Source of the DNA: an uncultured beta proteobacterium
Lineage (GTDB): Bacteria > Pseudomonadota > Gammaproteobacteria > Burkholderiales > SG8-41
Length of the DNA stretch: 64,000 nucleotides
Reading direction: 5' to 3'
NCBI GenBank assembly: GCA_963778865.1
Contig: CAVZWF010000006.1
Span: forward strand, 135,959 to 199,958
Every line of letters begins with the position of its first letter. The first letter of the stretch is position 1. Shown here piece by piece: positions 27,915 through 39,589 of this stretch. Below the pieces are notes generated by a model, which did not search any database, was not told the DNA's origin, and saw only the letters and a list, made by a program, of their open reading frames with translations. A program made the position numbers and the translations under genes.

Positions 27915-28771
27915 TTACTCGGGAATCGTGCCGAGCATGTAGGACGCTTCGAGGATCGCACTCGGTCGGCCGAAGCTCGCAAACCAGCGGCCGAAAATTT
28001 CGACGATTTCACCGCTGCCGTAAATCTGGGAAAGCCCCGTATTGACCGCAAGGCGGAAGGACGCATCGCCGCGCGGCAACACGATGCCGTACGGTTCGAA
28101 CGACAGTTCGTCTTCAAGCAACGCCAGCGACTTCGGATCCTTGGCTTTGACCGTCGACCCCACCAGCAGCAGCTTGTCGCTGGCGAACGCGTCCGCCTTG
28201 CCCTCGTCGAACGCCGCGAACGCCTCGTCGCGGGATTTGAACGGGACCACGGTCGCGGTGAGCTGGCGGCGCTTTAGTTGTTCGTTGATCGCGCGCTCGT
28301 TGGTGGTGCCGGCGATGACCGCGATCTTCTTGCCCGACATGTCGGAGAGCGAACGCAGGCCGGACGCGGTCTTGACCAGGAGCCCGGTGGTCTCGACGAA
28401 AATATAGCTCGAGAAATCCACCAGCTTCAGGCGCGAGAGCGTCACCGTGCTGGCGCCGCACTCCATGTCGGCCAGGCCTTTGACGACGGCCTCGAAGCGC
28501 GTTTGCGTTGCGACCGGCACCCATTTGATCTGCAGATTCGGCACGTTGATCTGGCGTTCGATCGAGTTGACTACCCGCTTGCATAAATCGATGGAAAACC
28601 CGACCACCTGCTTGTTGTCGTCGGTGAACGAGAACGGGATCGCGTCCGCGCGGTAGGCGATGGCGATGGTCTTCGTCTCGGCAATCTTCTTCAGGCGGCC
28701 GTCGAGAGCCTGCGCCTGAACGGCGCCGGCGGCGAGCAGCAGCGAAATGGCGAAAATGCGTTACGTAACAT
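27915..28771 (-). pseudogene. polar amino acid ABC transporter substrate-binding protein (SBP_bac_3 family), one frameshift in the signal peptide as given
   Basis: ATG 28771 (MLRNAFSP..), slip about 28745, then ISLLLAAGAVQAQALDGRLKKIAETKTIAIAYRADAIPFSF joins track ORF 27915..28607 (GFSIDLCKRV..). Confidence 0.8.
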
Positions 28772-28865
28772 GAAATCTCCCTGAAATATATCGGTTAGCG
28801 GCGCGACAGGATAGCGACTTTTCATGACGGTCGCAATCGCGGCGCGCGGTGAAGGGTAACCATGA

Positions 28866-28985
28866 CGAAAACAAGTGGTGGCGCCGGTTGCGCCCGATTT
28901 GTGTGCGGAAATCGTTGAAAACTGCGGCCATTTCGTGCCGCGGGAGGTGCGCCGAATCGTGAAGGAATTCCTCGACAAGGCGTAA
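28866..28985 (+). pseudogene. 3-prime fragment of an alpha/beta hydrolase gene (paralogous to the end of 26936-27828)
   Basis: Reads RKQVVAPVAPDLCAEIVENCGHFVPREVRRIVKEFLDKA*, against MEKMVAPVARDLRVEIVENCGHFVPEEAPQ.. in the full gene. The first ~75 nt are clearly alignable (roughly 85-90% by eye). Confidence 0.7.
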
Positions 28986-29071
28986 CACTATGTCCAATCT
29001 TACCGAATAATTAGGGCATGCCGCGGTTGCCGCAGACGCCGGCCGCTGGGCGCCCGCCGGAGCAGTTCAAC

Positions 29072-29446
29072 ATGAGCCGAAATACTTATTTAAGCTTCGC
29101 ACTTATGACTGATGAAAAACAAGTAGTTCAGGACGAACAATACATGACATACACGATTGCCTCGTTGGGGCCCAGTAGCTGGTTCGTCGACAGCGCCAAG
29201 GGCACTTCGGGATATTCTTTCCATACGCTGGCGGAAGCGGAACGATTCGCGATCACGCTCGCGCGGCGCAACACTCCGAGCAAGGTGTGCACGCTGGGCA
29301 GCGGCGGAGAAATCGTCGACGTACTGGTTTTTGACTCTGCCGACCGACACCGGCCGCTAAACCGCGCAGTAGCGCTCCTGTATCGATCTTGTCGGCGAGC
29401 AGATTGGCGGCCGTATCGGTGTGCACGATCACGCCCTGGTCCATGA
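29072..29446 (+). CDS. hypothetical small protein (weak DUF2188-like pattern); 3-prime end uncertain
   Basis: Lower-GC ORF MSRNTYLSF..SWFVDSAKGTSGYSFHTLAEAERFAITLARRNTPSKVCTLGSGGEIV. The part beyond about 29360 overlaps the convergent ABC ATPase gene and is probably not real; an alternative frame stops at TAA 29358-29360. Confidence 0.3.
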   Translation: MSRNTYLSFALMTDEKQVVQDEQYMTYTIASLGPSSWFVDSAKGTSGYSFHTLAEAERFAITLARRNTPSKVCTLGSGGEIVDVLVFDSADRHRPLNRAVALLYRSCRRADWRPYRCARSRPGP

Positions 29447-30073
29447 TATAGGCGCGGTCCGAGATCGACAGCGCGCGCTCGACGTTCTGTTCGACCAGCA
29501 GTATGGTGGTGCCGGCGCGCTTCATGTCTTCGAACAGCCTGAACATTTCGTCGACGAGTATCGGCATGATGCCCTCCGACGGCTCGTCGAGCAGGATCAT
29601 TTTCGGCTCCGCATCAATCGCGCGCGCGATCGCCAGCATCTGCTGCTCGCCGCCGGACAGCGTTTCGCCGAGCTGGTCGAGCCGCTGCTTCAGGCGCGGA
29701 AAGGTTGCGGCGATACGCTCGATGATTTCAGCTTCGCGCGCGCGATGCTTTGATGCGATCAAGACCGAGCTGCAGGTTTTCGAGCACCGACAGGCCCGGC
29801 ACGATGCGCCGCTCCTCCGGCACGTAGGCGAGCCCGCGATGATAGCGCCGGAACGCGGGCTCGTTCACCAGGTCCGCGCCGTCGAACAGCACTGCCACCG
29901 CTCTTCTTCGCCACCAGCCCCATCACCGTGCGCAGGGTCGTCGTCTTGCCCGCGCCGTTGCGCCCGATCAACGTGACGATCTCGCCGGCGTTGACTTCGA
30001 GCGACACGCCCTGCAGCACGTGGCTGTGCCCGTACCACGCATTGAGATTGTCGATCTTCAGCATCGCCGCCAT
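29357..30073 (-). pseudogene. branched-chain amino acid-type ABC transporter ATP-binding protein (LivF-like), cluster 1, at least 2 frameshifts
   Basis: 29759..30073 (MAAMLKIDNLNAWYG..LIGRNGAGKTTTL), 29253..29762 (LSGGEQQMLAIARA..ILLDEPSEG..LVEQN). A shifted frame gives the family-typical end IQERYCAV* at TAG 29357-29359. Confidence 0.8.
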
Positions 30074-30823
30074 CAGTCTTGCCCTGCCCGAGGTAGACGC
30101 GCTTGACCTCGTCGTTGGCGCGGATGTCGTCAGGCGTGCCCTGCGCGAGCAATTCCCCGTGATGCAGCACGACCAGCTGCTGGCAGATGCCCATCACGAG
30201 CTTCATCTTGTGCTCGACCAGGATCACCGTGCGCTCGGCGGCGAGGCGCACGATCAAGTCCATCATCTTGACCGTTTCCTCGGGCGACATGCCGGCCGTC
30301 GGCTCGTCGAGCAGCAAGAGGCGCGGCTTGCACGCGAGCGCCATGGCGATTTCGAGGCAACGCTGCTCGCCGTGCGCCATGTCGCGCGCGACCGCGTTGC
30401 GCTTGGCGCGCGATGCCGACACGCTCGAGCAGCGCATCGGCCTCGTCGATCAGTTCGCGGATGCCCGCGCGCGGCGTCCACAGGTTGTAGCGCGTCTTCT
30501 GCATTTGCGCCGCGACGCGCACGTTTTCGTGCGCGGACAGGTACGGAAACACGTTGGTGATCTGGAACGACTTGGCAATGCCGCGCCGCGCGTATTCGTG
30601 CGGCGGCAGGCCGGTAATGTCGCGGCCCTCGAAGCTCACCCGCCCGCTCGTCGCCGGGAACGCGCCCGAGATGACGTTGAAGAAAGTGCTTTTGCCGGCG
30701 CCGTTCGGACCGATGATCGCGGAGAGCTTGTCTTTCGCGAAACTGCACCGACACGTTGTTCAGCGCGACGAAGCCGCCGAATTTCTTGCCGACGACCCTC
30801 GGCGACGAGGATATCCGGCTCAT
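30073..30823 (-). pseudogene. ABC transporter ATP-binding protein (LivG-like), cluster 1, at least 3 frameshifts
   Basis: ATG 30823, in an ATGA overlap with the LivM-like stop. Pieces 30263..30823, 30130..30639 ([15 protein letters not shown] in a shifted frame; [24 protein letters not shown]) and 29865..30437 (LLLLDEPTAGMSPEE..VEHKM..VYLGQG). Confidence 0.8.
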
Positions 30824-31831
30824 GACTTCGCATTCACCTCACCCAGCCAGTGCAAAATCGAACCCCAGACGCCGCGCGGAAAAAACAGCACGAACACCAC
30901 GAAGGTCGCGCCCAGGTACAACTGCCAGTGCGTCGTCCACAATGTCAGCACGTCGCCGAACAACTGGAACACGCCGGCGCCAATGAACGGGCCGAAGAAG
31001 GTGCCGAAGCCGCCCAGGAGCGCCATCATCACCACGTCGCCCGAAGTGGAAATCTGCAGCACTTCGACCGGCACGGTCGACAGATGCAGCGCGCGCAATG
31101 CGCCCGCGACGCCGCAGAACGCGCCCGACAACACGAACGCGGCGAGCTTGGCGTTCGCCACGTTATAGCCGCACGCGGCGGCGCGCGCCTCGTTTTCGCG
31201 TATCGTTTCCAGCACCGCGCCGAACGGCGACGCGAGTATGCGCGAGAAGAGCCACAACGCGATCGCCACCACGCCCAGCATCACGTAGTACTTGTTGACC
31301 GGGTCGAGGAAGTCGATGTCAAAGCCCAGCAGGTTAATGGTCGAAACGTTGATGCCGCGCAGCCCGTTCTCGCCGCCGGTCACGCTTTCCCATTTGTAGA
31401 AGATGTAATAAACGCATTCGGCGAGTGCCATCGTTACCATCGCGAAATAAATGCCGCGCGTGCGGATGGCGAGAAAGCCGATGATGTAGCGCCACCACCG
31501 ACGGCGAACGCGATCCCGCACAGTATGGCGACGTACCACGGCCATCCCAGATGCACGATGGCGATGCCGCATCCGTAGCTGCCCACGCCGAGCAGCGCCG
31601 CGTGGCCGAACGAGAGCAGGCCCGCGTAGCCATACAGCAGATTGAAGCCGAGCGCGAACAAACCCCAGATCAGGATGTTGATCGCGAGCGCGTGATACGG
31701 CACGAGCCACGGAAAAACCATCAGGAAGCACGAGCGTCGCGGCGACGCGGTGACGCACGATCGCGTCGAGCGCGATGCGCCACGCACCGCCCGCTGCCTG
31801 CGCCGCTTGCGGCGTGGTGTCCTCCGCTCAT
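30820..31831 (-). pseudogene. ABC transporter permease (LivM-like), cluster 1, at least 3 frameshifts
   Basis: ATG 31831, 2 nt after the LivH-like stop. Pieces 31434..31787 (LFALGFNLLYGYAGLLSFGHAALLGVGSYG) and 30820..31758 (..[29 protein letters not shown]..). Confidence 0.75.
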
Positions 31832-31833
31832 GG

Positions 31834-32720
31834 CTAACCCAGCGCGCCGGTGCGGCCGAACAGCCCCTGCGGCCGCACCAGCAGCACGACCGCCATCAGC
31901 ACGAAAATCGACACGCGCCCCGCTTCCGGCGAGACCAGCGACGTGAGGCTCACCACCACGCCGACCAGCACGCCCGCTATCACCGCGCCCTTGAGCGAGC
32001 CCATGCCGCCAACCACGGTGACGACGAACGCATCGGCAAGCAGCGGCACGCCCATCTCCGGGTGCAACGGCCTGCGAGCGGTGCTGACAGGATCCCCGAC
32101 AAGCCGGCGATGCCGGTGCCGATGCCGAACACGACGAGCCACACTTTCGACACGTCGATGCCGAGCACGCGCACGATCTCGGGGTCGCGCGCGCCGGCGC
32201 GGATGACAAGACCGTACGAGGTCTTCTCGATGAAGAAATACAGAAACGCGACGACCACCGCCGCCGCGCCGATCAGGAACAGCCGGTACAGCGGAAAATG
32301 GCCGATGCCGAGGTCGACCGCGCCGGTGAGCCCGCGCGGCGTGGAAAACGGAATACCGTCGAGGCCGAAAGTCATGCGCACGATTTCGACGAACATGATC
32401 GACAGCCCGAAGGTCAGCAGCAGCGGGTAATCGATGCCGCGCCCGTAGAGCGGGCGCACCAGAAAGCGCTCGACCATGAGGCCGATGGCGCCGACGCCGA
32501 GCGGCACGAGGACGAGGCACACCCAGAAGTTGCCGGTCTGCGCGAAGAGCCACACGCCCATGTACGCGCCGACCATGAAGAACGCGCCGTGCGCGAAATT
32601 GACCACCGTCAGCATGCCGAAGATCAGCGACAGCCCGAGCGCGAACAGCACGTAGACCGCGCCGAGCGCGATGCCGGTGACGATTTGCAGCAACAGGAGG
32701 TCGAGCGTGATGCCGCTCAT
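31834..32720 (-). pseudogene. ABC transporter permease (LivH-like), cluster 1, one frameshift about 32075
   Basis: 31980..32720 (MSGITLDLLLLQIVTGIALGAVYVLFALGLSLIFGMLTVVNFAHGAF..) continues in 31834..32553 (..VVTVVGGMGSLKGAVIAG..RPQGLFGRTGALG*). Confidence 0.8.
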
Positions 32721-32867
32721 AGAAATCTGTTCACCGAGATTATTTAAATTCCGGATTCCCGCCCGGGCTTACCACTTGCCGGGGCAGGCCTTCGCGCGCC
32801 GGCATGTCGGTCCCGCACACTCACCGCCCCCGGATTGAGCGGCGCTAGCGTCCGCTCGTATCCGGCG

Positions 32868-32900
32868 AGTTATCCGGCCGGCGCAGCGTGCCGGATAACT
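32868..32900 (-). terminator. intercistronic stem-loop immediately after the SBP stop codon (possible mRNA-stabilising or attenuating hairpin)
   Basis: AGTTATCCGG (32868-32877) pairs with CCGGATAACT (32891-32900), with a 13-nt loop. It overlaps the TAG stop of the SBP gene. No U-tract, so probably not a full terminator. Confidence 0.35.
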
Positions 32901-34164
32901 AGGATTTGTGCCCAAGCTCCTGGCAGGTCCGCAGCACTTTCTCGCTCGCGTTGTCGATGTTGATGATATCGAACACGTCGTTCTTGTCCCTCACCTGGTT
33001 GCCGGGTTTCGACTGCAGCAGGATCATCGACTGCACCGACTGGTGGTCGCACTTGCGGTAATACTGCGGCCCCTTGTAGAAATCGTACTTGAGGTTTTCC
33101 ATCGCGAGCGACCACCTTGTCCGTGTCGGTCGTCTTGGCGTTGCGCGCGGCGGTCAGCACGCGTGCGCACGCCCGCGTAGCCGAGCGCGCCGTAATCGGT
33201 CGGCACGGCGCCGTTGTAGGCCTTGCGGTAAAGGTCGTTGAAATGCTTCGCGCTCGCCAGCGAATCCTCGATTTTCCAGTAGTACGAGGTGGCGCCCACC
33301 ACGCCCTCGAACGGCTCCGGACCGGCGGCCAGGCGCGCGCTGAGCAGCAGGAGCGTCGTGACGATCTTGGTCTGCTGTTTGATGCCGAAGTCGTACGCCT
33401 GCTTGATGGCGTTGACGAGATCGCGGCCGAAATTGAACATGCACCAGCATGTCGGGCTTCAGCGCCTGCACGCGCGGGAAGAACGACGAGTAGTCGCTGG
33501 TGCCGAGCGGGTAGCGCAGGTCGGCAAGCGTTTCCATGCCGAATTCCTTGCCGGCGCGCTGGAAGCCGCGCAGCATCTCGTGGCCGTACGCGTAATCGGG
33601 CACGAAAAACACGACGCGCTTGCCGAACTTCGGAATCACGTAGCGCGCGAGCGCGCCGGAGGTCATGTGCGGATTGAGCGCTTCGTGGAAGGTGTACTTG
33701 CTGAAGTCCTTGACCTCGCCGATCGCGTCCGACTGGCTGATCGAATTGAAGATGACGCCGCGCTCCTTGGTCACGTTGTTGACCGACAGCTGCACCGCGG
33801 CGGACAGCGAGCCGACGACGAAATTGACCTTCTCTTTTTCGATCAGCTCGAGCGTGCGCGTCGCCGCCTCGCCGGGATTCAACTTGTCGTCGCGCACGAG
33901 CAGTTCCGCCATGCGGCCGTTCAGCCCGTCGCCCGCGTTGAATTCCTTGATCGCGATCTCGGCGCACTTGACCTGCTCGTTCGCCTCGGTGCCGAACGGC
34001 CCGGTCAGCGGCACCGGGAAGCCGATCTTGATCGGCGCCTTGTTCTGCGCGTGGACGATGTTGATCCCGAACGGCGAGGCCGCGGCAACCGCGGCGCCGC
34101 CGGCGCCGAGTACCAGTTTGCGTCGAATGGAATTCGTCTGCCGGCGTTGCGCGTCGTGTGCCAT
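32899..34164 (-). pseudogene. Liv-type ABC transporter substrate-binding protein with Tat-like signal, cluster 1, at least 2 frameshifts
   Basis: 33154..34164 (MAHDAQRRQTNSIRRKLVLGAGGAAVAAA..IKIGFPVPLTGPFG..), 33024..33440 (..GATSYYWKIEDSLASAKHFNDLYRKAYNG..) and 32899..33102 (C-terminus) lie in three frames. Confidence 0.8.
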
Positions 34165-34331
34165 GTTGCTCCTCCGTGCGGTGAAATGAATTTGACCGGA
34201 TTGCCGCTGGCGCCTCGGCTTATAAGGTCCTGCCGGTCGCCCCAGAAGCGCTATGCTACACGAAGGCTACCCCACGCAATAGTGCGTTGGCGCGGCCTGT
34301 CCGCATTCAATTCCGGGATATGGGACTTGCC

Positions 34332-34360
34332 TTGACTTTTCGCGTCGCCCTTTCATAATC
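34332..34360 (+). promoter_or_regulatory. candidate sigma70-type promoter for the dioxygenase gene
   Basis: TTGACT (34332-34337), 16-17 nt spacer, then CATAATC (34354-34360). About 55 nt upstream of ATG 34416, which has a GGAGGA RBS at 34405-34410. Sequence match only. Confidence 0.3.
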
Positions 34361-34415
34361 TCCCGCTGACGGGGCGCGGCTTGCGTCGGCGCCCGGCAGA
34401 TCCCGGAGGAAGGCG

Positions 34416-35338
34416 ATGACGGTTCGTTCCCTGCAGCATATTGCGCTGACGGTGCCGGACGCCGTCGTCGGCTGGCAAATTTTTCAGCGCTTTCGGGCTG
34501 GCCGTGCGCGAAGACGGTAAACGCATCGTCATGCGCTGCGACGGCCGCGATCAGGACCAGGTGATCCTCGTCGAAGGCCCGAAAAAGCGCCTGCACCATC
34601 TGTGCTTCGGCGCGCGCGCCGATAGCGCTCGCAAAACTCAAGACGCGGCTCGTGAATAACCGCACCGCGCTACTCGATGCGCCGCCGGAAACACCCGGCG
34701 ACGGCCTGTGGTTTCGCGATCCGGACGGCGTGCTGCTCAACGTGCGCGTTGCCGAAGCCGCACCTTGTGCCGGCGCGCCGGAATGGAAAATCAATCAGCC
34801 CGGACATCTCAACCGCGTCGGCGTGGCGGGCCATCCGCCGCGCGACTTGCCGGTGCAGCCGCGGCGCCTCGGCCACACGCTGCGCTTCACGCCCAATCTC
34901 GAGCGGCAAATCGATTTTTATACGCGCGTCGTCGGCATGCGGCTGTCGGACCGCGCGCAGGACATCATCGCATTCCTGCGCAGCGGCGAAGGCGGCTGCG
35001 ACCATCACGTGCTCGGGTTTATCGCGGGCGACCGCCCCGGTTACCACCACGCGAGCTTCGAAGTCGCCAACATCGACGAGCTCGGCATGGGCGCGTGCCG
35101 GCTCATCGATCAGGGTTACCGCAACGGCTGGGGATTCGGCCGGCACGTGATCGGCTCGAATTTCTTCCACTACATCCGCGATCCGTGGGGCAGCCTCGCC
35201 GAATATTTTTGCGATATCGACTACATTCCCGACGATATGGAGTGGAAGCCGAAAAATTATCCGGTGGCCGATTCGCTCTACGTGTGGGGCCCCGATGTAC
35301 CGGCGGACTTCGGCGCGAATACCGAGGAAGCCGACTGA
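34416..35338 (+). pseudogene. two-domain VOC-family extradiol ring-cleavage dioxygenase-like protein, 2 frameshifts in the N-terminal domain
   Basis: ATG 34416 (MTVRSLQHIALTVPD..), with slips before 34652. The track ORF 34652..35338 carries RLGHTLRFTPNLERQIDFYTRVVGMRLSD..HHVLGF..YHHASFEV..HYIRDPWGSLAEYF. Confidence 0.7.
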
Positions 35339-35372
35339 GCCGGCGCCGTCATCGCTCGCGCGCAAGCGCGAA

Positions 35373-36631
35373 CTAGCCGCGCACGCCCTGCCGCGCGAAA
35401 TTACGGTCCGCCCAATCCGGCACCGCGATCTCGCGCATCATCACCTCGGGCCGCCGCAGATGTGCGATCAGCGCCGGCCTGCGGGCCGCTTATTTCCGCC
35501 GCGCCTATGGCGAGGCCGAGCGTGCGCGCGTGCGCGACGATGGCCTTGCCGAATTCGAGCCGCTTCGCCGCGTAAACCTTGAGCCCGGCGGTTAGATCGC
35601 TGTGCGCGGCCAGCGCATCGACCAGCGCGACCGCGTCGCCCGCCGCCTTGGTCACGCCGAGCCCCACGTGCGGACGCGCGACGAATGCGGCGTCGCCGAG
35701 CAGCGCGACGCGGCCGAACGCGAGCTGCGGTCGACTCCAGATCGTAAATCGGCTGAAACAACGGCTCGCGGGTTGCGCGCACGACATCGACGAACACCGG
35801 CGCGAGCAGCCGCTCGGCGGCGGCGTGCATGTCGGCGATCACTTCCGGGCGGATGCGGTCGGGCGGAATGTTCTGCTCGTAGTAGCGGCCCTGCGCGTCG
35901 GTGAAAAGCGCGCGCAACTCGGTCTGCTCGTCGGCGGGCCGGTACCAGACGAAATTGAAGCGGCGCTCGCCCGGGCGCGTCGAATTGTTGCGCTCCGGCG
36001 ACGAGATAAGTCAGCATCTGCTCGCCGGGCGGCAGGCAGAACGCCCATGCGGTCGGACAGCACGCGCCGCGCCTCTTCGCTCGACGGCGGTTTCGTCGAC
36101 CAGCCCGCGCCACGCGAGGTAGCCGACGTAGGCGGGCTTCGCCTGCGGCAGCAAACTGCGCGCGCACCGTCGAGCGGATGCCGTCGGCGCCGATCAGGAG
36201 GTCGCCGCTCGCCTGCGAGCCGTCGGCAAAATGCGCGGTGACCACCGGCGTCGTTCTGCTCGACGCGCATCGAGCGACTTGTTGAAATGGTAGCGCGCGG
36301 CGCGGAAACACGTCCTTCAACAGCCGGTAGAGCCTGCCCCATGCGGTCAGTATCTGGTCGAGCGGCATTTCCGCGACGACGTTGCCCGCGCGGTCGAGCG
36401 TCATGCGCGAATGCGTCTCGCAACCTATCGTGTCGTCGATCACCGCGCCGGCGCGCCGGATGCACGTCGAACAGCTCGTCGTGGGTGACGATGCCGGCGC
36501 CGCGGCCGGCCAGCTCCTCGCCGACGCGCTCGAAAATCTCGACGTCCCAGCCGGCGCGCGCGAGCAGATTGGCGGCGAACAGCCCGCCCATCGAGCCGCC
36601 GATGACCAGCGCTCTTGCGCTGCGCGCTCAT
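35373..36631 (-). pseudogene. FAD-dependent aromatic monooxygenase (salicylate/3-hydroxybenzoate hydroxylase-like), at least 5 frameshifts
   Basis: ATG 36631 (MSAQRKS), then in a shifted frame ALVIGGSMGGLFAANLLARAGWDVEIFER (GxGxxG). Pieces 35839..36591, 35652..36443, 35468..35917 and 35401..35787 (..LLGDAAFVARPHVGLGVTKAAGDA..). The last frame ends ..NFARQGVRG* at TAG 35373-35375. Confidence 0.75.
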
Positions 36632-36635
36632 GCCG

Positions 36636-37094
36636 CTACGTCAATCGCAGTCGCGAATTCTTTATTTGCGTCGGGTAGTTGAGTTCGATGACGACGCCGC
36701 TCGGATCGTCGAGGAACACCTGGTGCAGGTTGAGATCCGGCACGGTGCGCTCGCGAAACGGCACGGCTTTTTTCTTCAGATGCGACAGCATCCCCGCCAC
36801 GTCCGTCGCGGCGAACGCGATGTGGTCGAACGTGCCGGTGCCGCCCTTCAGGCTGTCGAGATCGCGGTCGCCGAGATAATCCTTGAGGCCCTGCGGATCG
36901 TTGAGATCGACGCCGATGATATGCACGACGGCGTTGTCGTAGGAATCGTGGCTGCCGTTGTACAGCCACAATCCCGGAAAATTGAACGGCGGGCGCGGAC
37001 CCACGGTGAGGCCCATGACCTCGGTGTAGAACTTGCGCGTCGCGTCGAGGTCGAGCGTGCGGATGGAATAGTGGGCGATCTTGCTGAGCGGCAT
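36636..37094 (-). CDS. VOC/glyoxalase family protein
   Basis: Intact 152-aa ORF. IAHYSIRTLDLDATRKFYTEVMGLTVG..FDHIAFAATD..VIELNY. Confidence 0.75.
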   Translation of the reverse strand: MPLSKIAHYSIRTLDLDATRKFYTEVMGLTVGPRPPFNFPGLWLYNGSHDSYDNAVVHIIGVDLNDPQGLKDYLGDRDLDSLKGGTGTFDHIAFAATDVAGMLSHLKKKAVPFRERTVPDLNLHQVFLDDPSGVVIELNYPTQIKNSRLRLT

Positions 37095-37293
37095 GACGGT
37101 CTCCTGCGGAAAAATTGGCGCTGCAGCGGTTAACTTCGTCTATTCGGCGCGCGCTGTCAATAGGGCGCTTGCGCCCGTTCACGCTGATGCTATGATGCCA
37201 TCCGCAATCCGCATAGTGACTCATACGGCAGCAAAGACCGGCGTCAATCAAGCCGGCGCAAAAAGCATCTTCCGCATTTAATTGGAGGGAGTT

Positions 37294-38539
37294 ATGGCCA
37301 GATTCAAGCTCGCGCTCGTTGTTCCCGCAGTTTTCGCAATACTCGCTTCGCTGCTGCCGGCCACCGGCGTTCGCGCAGGGCGAAACGCTGCGGCTCGGCT
37401 TTCTGACGGTGCGCACCGGCCCGCTCGCCGCGGGCGGCAAGCAGATGGAAGACGGCATCAACCTGCTGCTCAAGGAGCGAAACAACATGTTCGCCGGCCG
37501 CAAGGTCGAAATCTTCTTCGCCGACACCGCGGGCCAGCCCGCGCAGGCCAAGTCCAAGACCCAGGAACTGATCGAGCGCGACAAGGTGCACGTCATCATC
37601 GGGCCGCTGGCGACGTTCGAAGCGCTCGCGATCGACGAATACATGCTGCAATCGAAAGTGCCGCTGATCACGCCGACGTCGGCGGCGCAGAACGATCTCG
37701 CGCAGCAGAAGAAGAGCGACTACGTGATCCACGTCTACGGCACCGCCGCGCAGCCCATGCACGCGCTCGGCGACTACGCGGCGAAGAAGCTCGGCTACAA
37801 GCGCATCGCGATGATCGCCGACGACTTCACCTACGGCCACGAGGGCGCGGCGGGCTTTCAGCGCGTATTCGAGGACGACGGCGGGCGCATCGTGCAGAAG
37901 CTGTGGCCGGCGCTCAACGCGCCCGACTACGGCTCGTTCGTCGGCCAGATCAAGACCAATGTGGACGGGATCTACGCCGGTTTCGCCGGCAGCAATCCGC
38001 TGCGCTTTTTGCGCGCCTACACGGAGTTCGGCCTGAAGATGCCGGTGTTCGGCAATCCGACCCTCGTCGACGAAGGCATGCTGAAGAACATGGGCGACGA
38101 AGCGCTCGGCGTCTACTCGGCGAGCTGGTACGCGACCGACCAGAACACGCCGGACAACAAGCGCTTCGTCGAGTCGATCCAGCGCGAATACAAGGTGACG
38201 CCGGGCTTTTACACGGCGGGCACCTATACGGCGGGGTTGTGGCTCGAAGAGGCGATGAAGATGATCAAGGGCCGCTTCGAGGACAAAGCCGAGTTCGTCA
38301 AGGCCCTGCACAACGTCAAGCTGAACAACGGGCCGATGGGGCCGCTCAAGCTCGACGAGTACGGCAAACCGATACTCAACATCTACATCCGCAAGGTCGA
38401 AAGGAAGGACGGCCAGCTCGTCAACACGACCATCGACACCGTGCGCGAGATCACCCAGTTCTGGACCTACGATCCGAAGCAGTTCATCGCGGGCCCGCAA
38501 TACGGGCGCGACGTGCCGCCGGCGAAGTTCCTCGAATAA
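37294..38539 (+). pseudogene. Liv-type ABC transporter substrate-binding protein (orphan), one frameshift inside the signal peptide
   Basis: GGAGGGA RBS, ATG 37294 (MARFKLALVVPAVFAILASLL..), slip about 37365 into the otherwise intact frame of 37319..38539 (AFAQGETLRLGFLTVRTGPLAAGG...). Paralog of 46806-48060. Confidence 0.85.
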
Positions 38540-38589
38540 GCGTCACTCGCTGAGCAAATTCAGAATCGCATTCGAAAATACCCTTCGCC

Positions 38590-38670
38590 ATCAGAGGGCA
38601 CAGAGGACAGCGGAGGGGATGGGTCACACAGTCATACCCACCCCCATCCCAACCTTCCCCCTGAAGGGAA
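38590..38670. repeat. composite intergenic repeat (CACAGAG-type arm plus GEG-type hairpin)
   Basis: CATCAGAGGGCACAGAGGACAGCGG resembles the arms at 62303-62329. TTCCC/GGGAA hairpin at 38655-38670 (CCTTCCCCCTGAAGGGAATCGGGA). Confidence 0.4.
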
Positions 38671-38747
38671 TCGGGAGTGCTCATTTCACGACGGTAGATC
38701 TTGTCAAGTCTGCGGCAAGTCATTCCTCACTCCTCACCGTATTCGCC

Positions 38748-39526
38748 ATGCCCACTATCCAGGTAAACGGCGTCGCCGTCGACATCACGCAAATCGGCGC
38801 GGGGCGCGACCTCGTGCTGCTGCACTCGCTGCTCGCGGACCGCACCGCGTTCGACCGCGTCGCGCCGGCGCTCGCGAAGAAACACCGCGTGACGCTGGTC
38901 AATCTGCCGGGCTATGGCGCGTCAGCCCCGCACGGCGCGAGCGTCGAGGATTACGCCGATCACGTCGCGGGCTTGCTGCGGGCGCTGAAACTGCCGCGCG
39001 AAACCGACGTGCTCGGCAACGGCCTCGGCGGCTTCATCGCGATTGCGCTCGCGTGCCGTCACGGCGACTTCGTTCGACAAACTCTTCATCGCCGATTCGC
39101 TCGCGACTTTTCCGCCCGCGGGCAAGGAACCGCTGCGCCTGATGGCGGAGCGCGTGAAACAACAGGGCATGAGCGCGGTGCTCGACGCCGCGATCAACCG
39201 CATGTTCCCGCCGGCGTTCGTCGCGGCCAACGCCGAACTCGTCGCCGAGCGCAAAGCGGTACTCGCGAAGGCCGACCCCGCCTGCTTCAGCCGCGCGTGC
39301 CTGGCACTCTCTCAAGTCGATCTCAGACCGTTGCTCGCCGGCATTCGCAATCCGACGTTCGTGATGGTCGGCGCGCTCGACGGCGCAACTCCCGCGCTCG
39401 CTCGCGCGCGAACTCGCGAACGGAATTCCCGGCGCCGGATTCATGGAGATTCCCGAGTGCGGGCATTGCCCGCAACTCGAAAAGCCGGACGTTTTTGTGA
39501 AGACGGTCGAAGAGTTTCTGCGCTGA
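38748..39526 (+). pseudogene. alpha/beta hydrolase (3-oxoadipate enol-lactonase-like), at least 2 frameshifts
   Basis: ATG 38748 (MPTIQVNGVAVDITQIGAGRDLVLLHSLLADRTAFDRV..GNGLGGFIAIALA), middle piece in 39043..39534, and a last frame RELANGIPGAGFMEIPECGHCPQLEKPDVFVKTVEEFLR* ending at TGA 39524-39526. Confidence 0.75.
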
Positions 39527-39589
39527 ACCGATAAGCCGCAGCGGGAAGATGCGCCACCGCGGGGCGCCCGTTAGTTGCGCGCGACAGGC

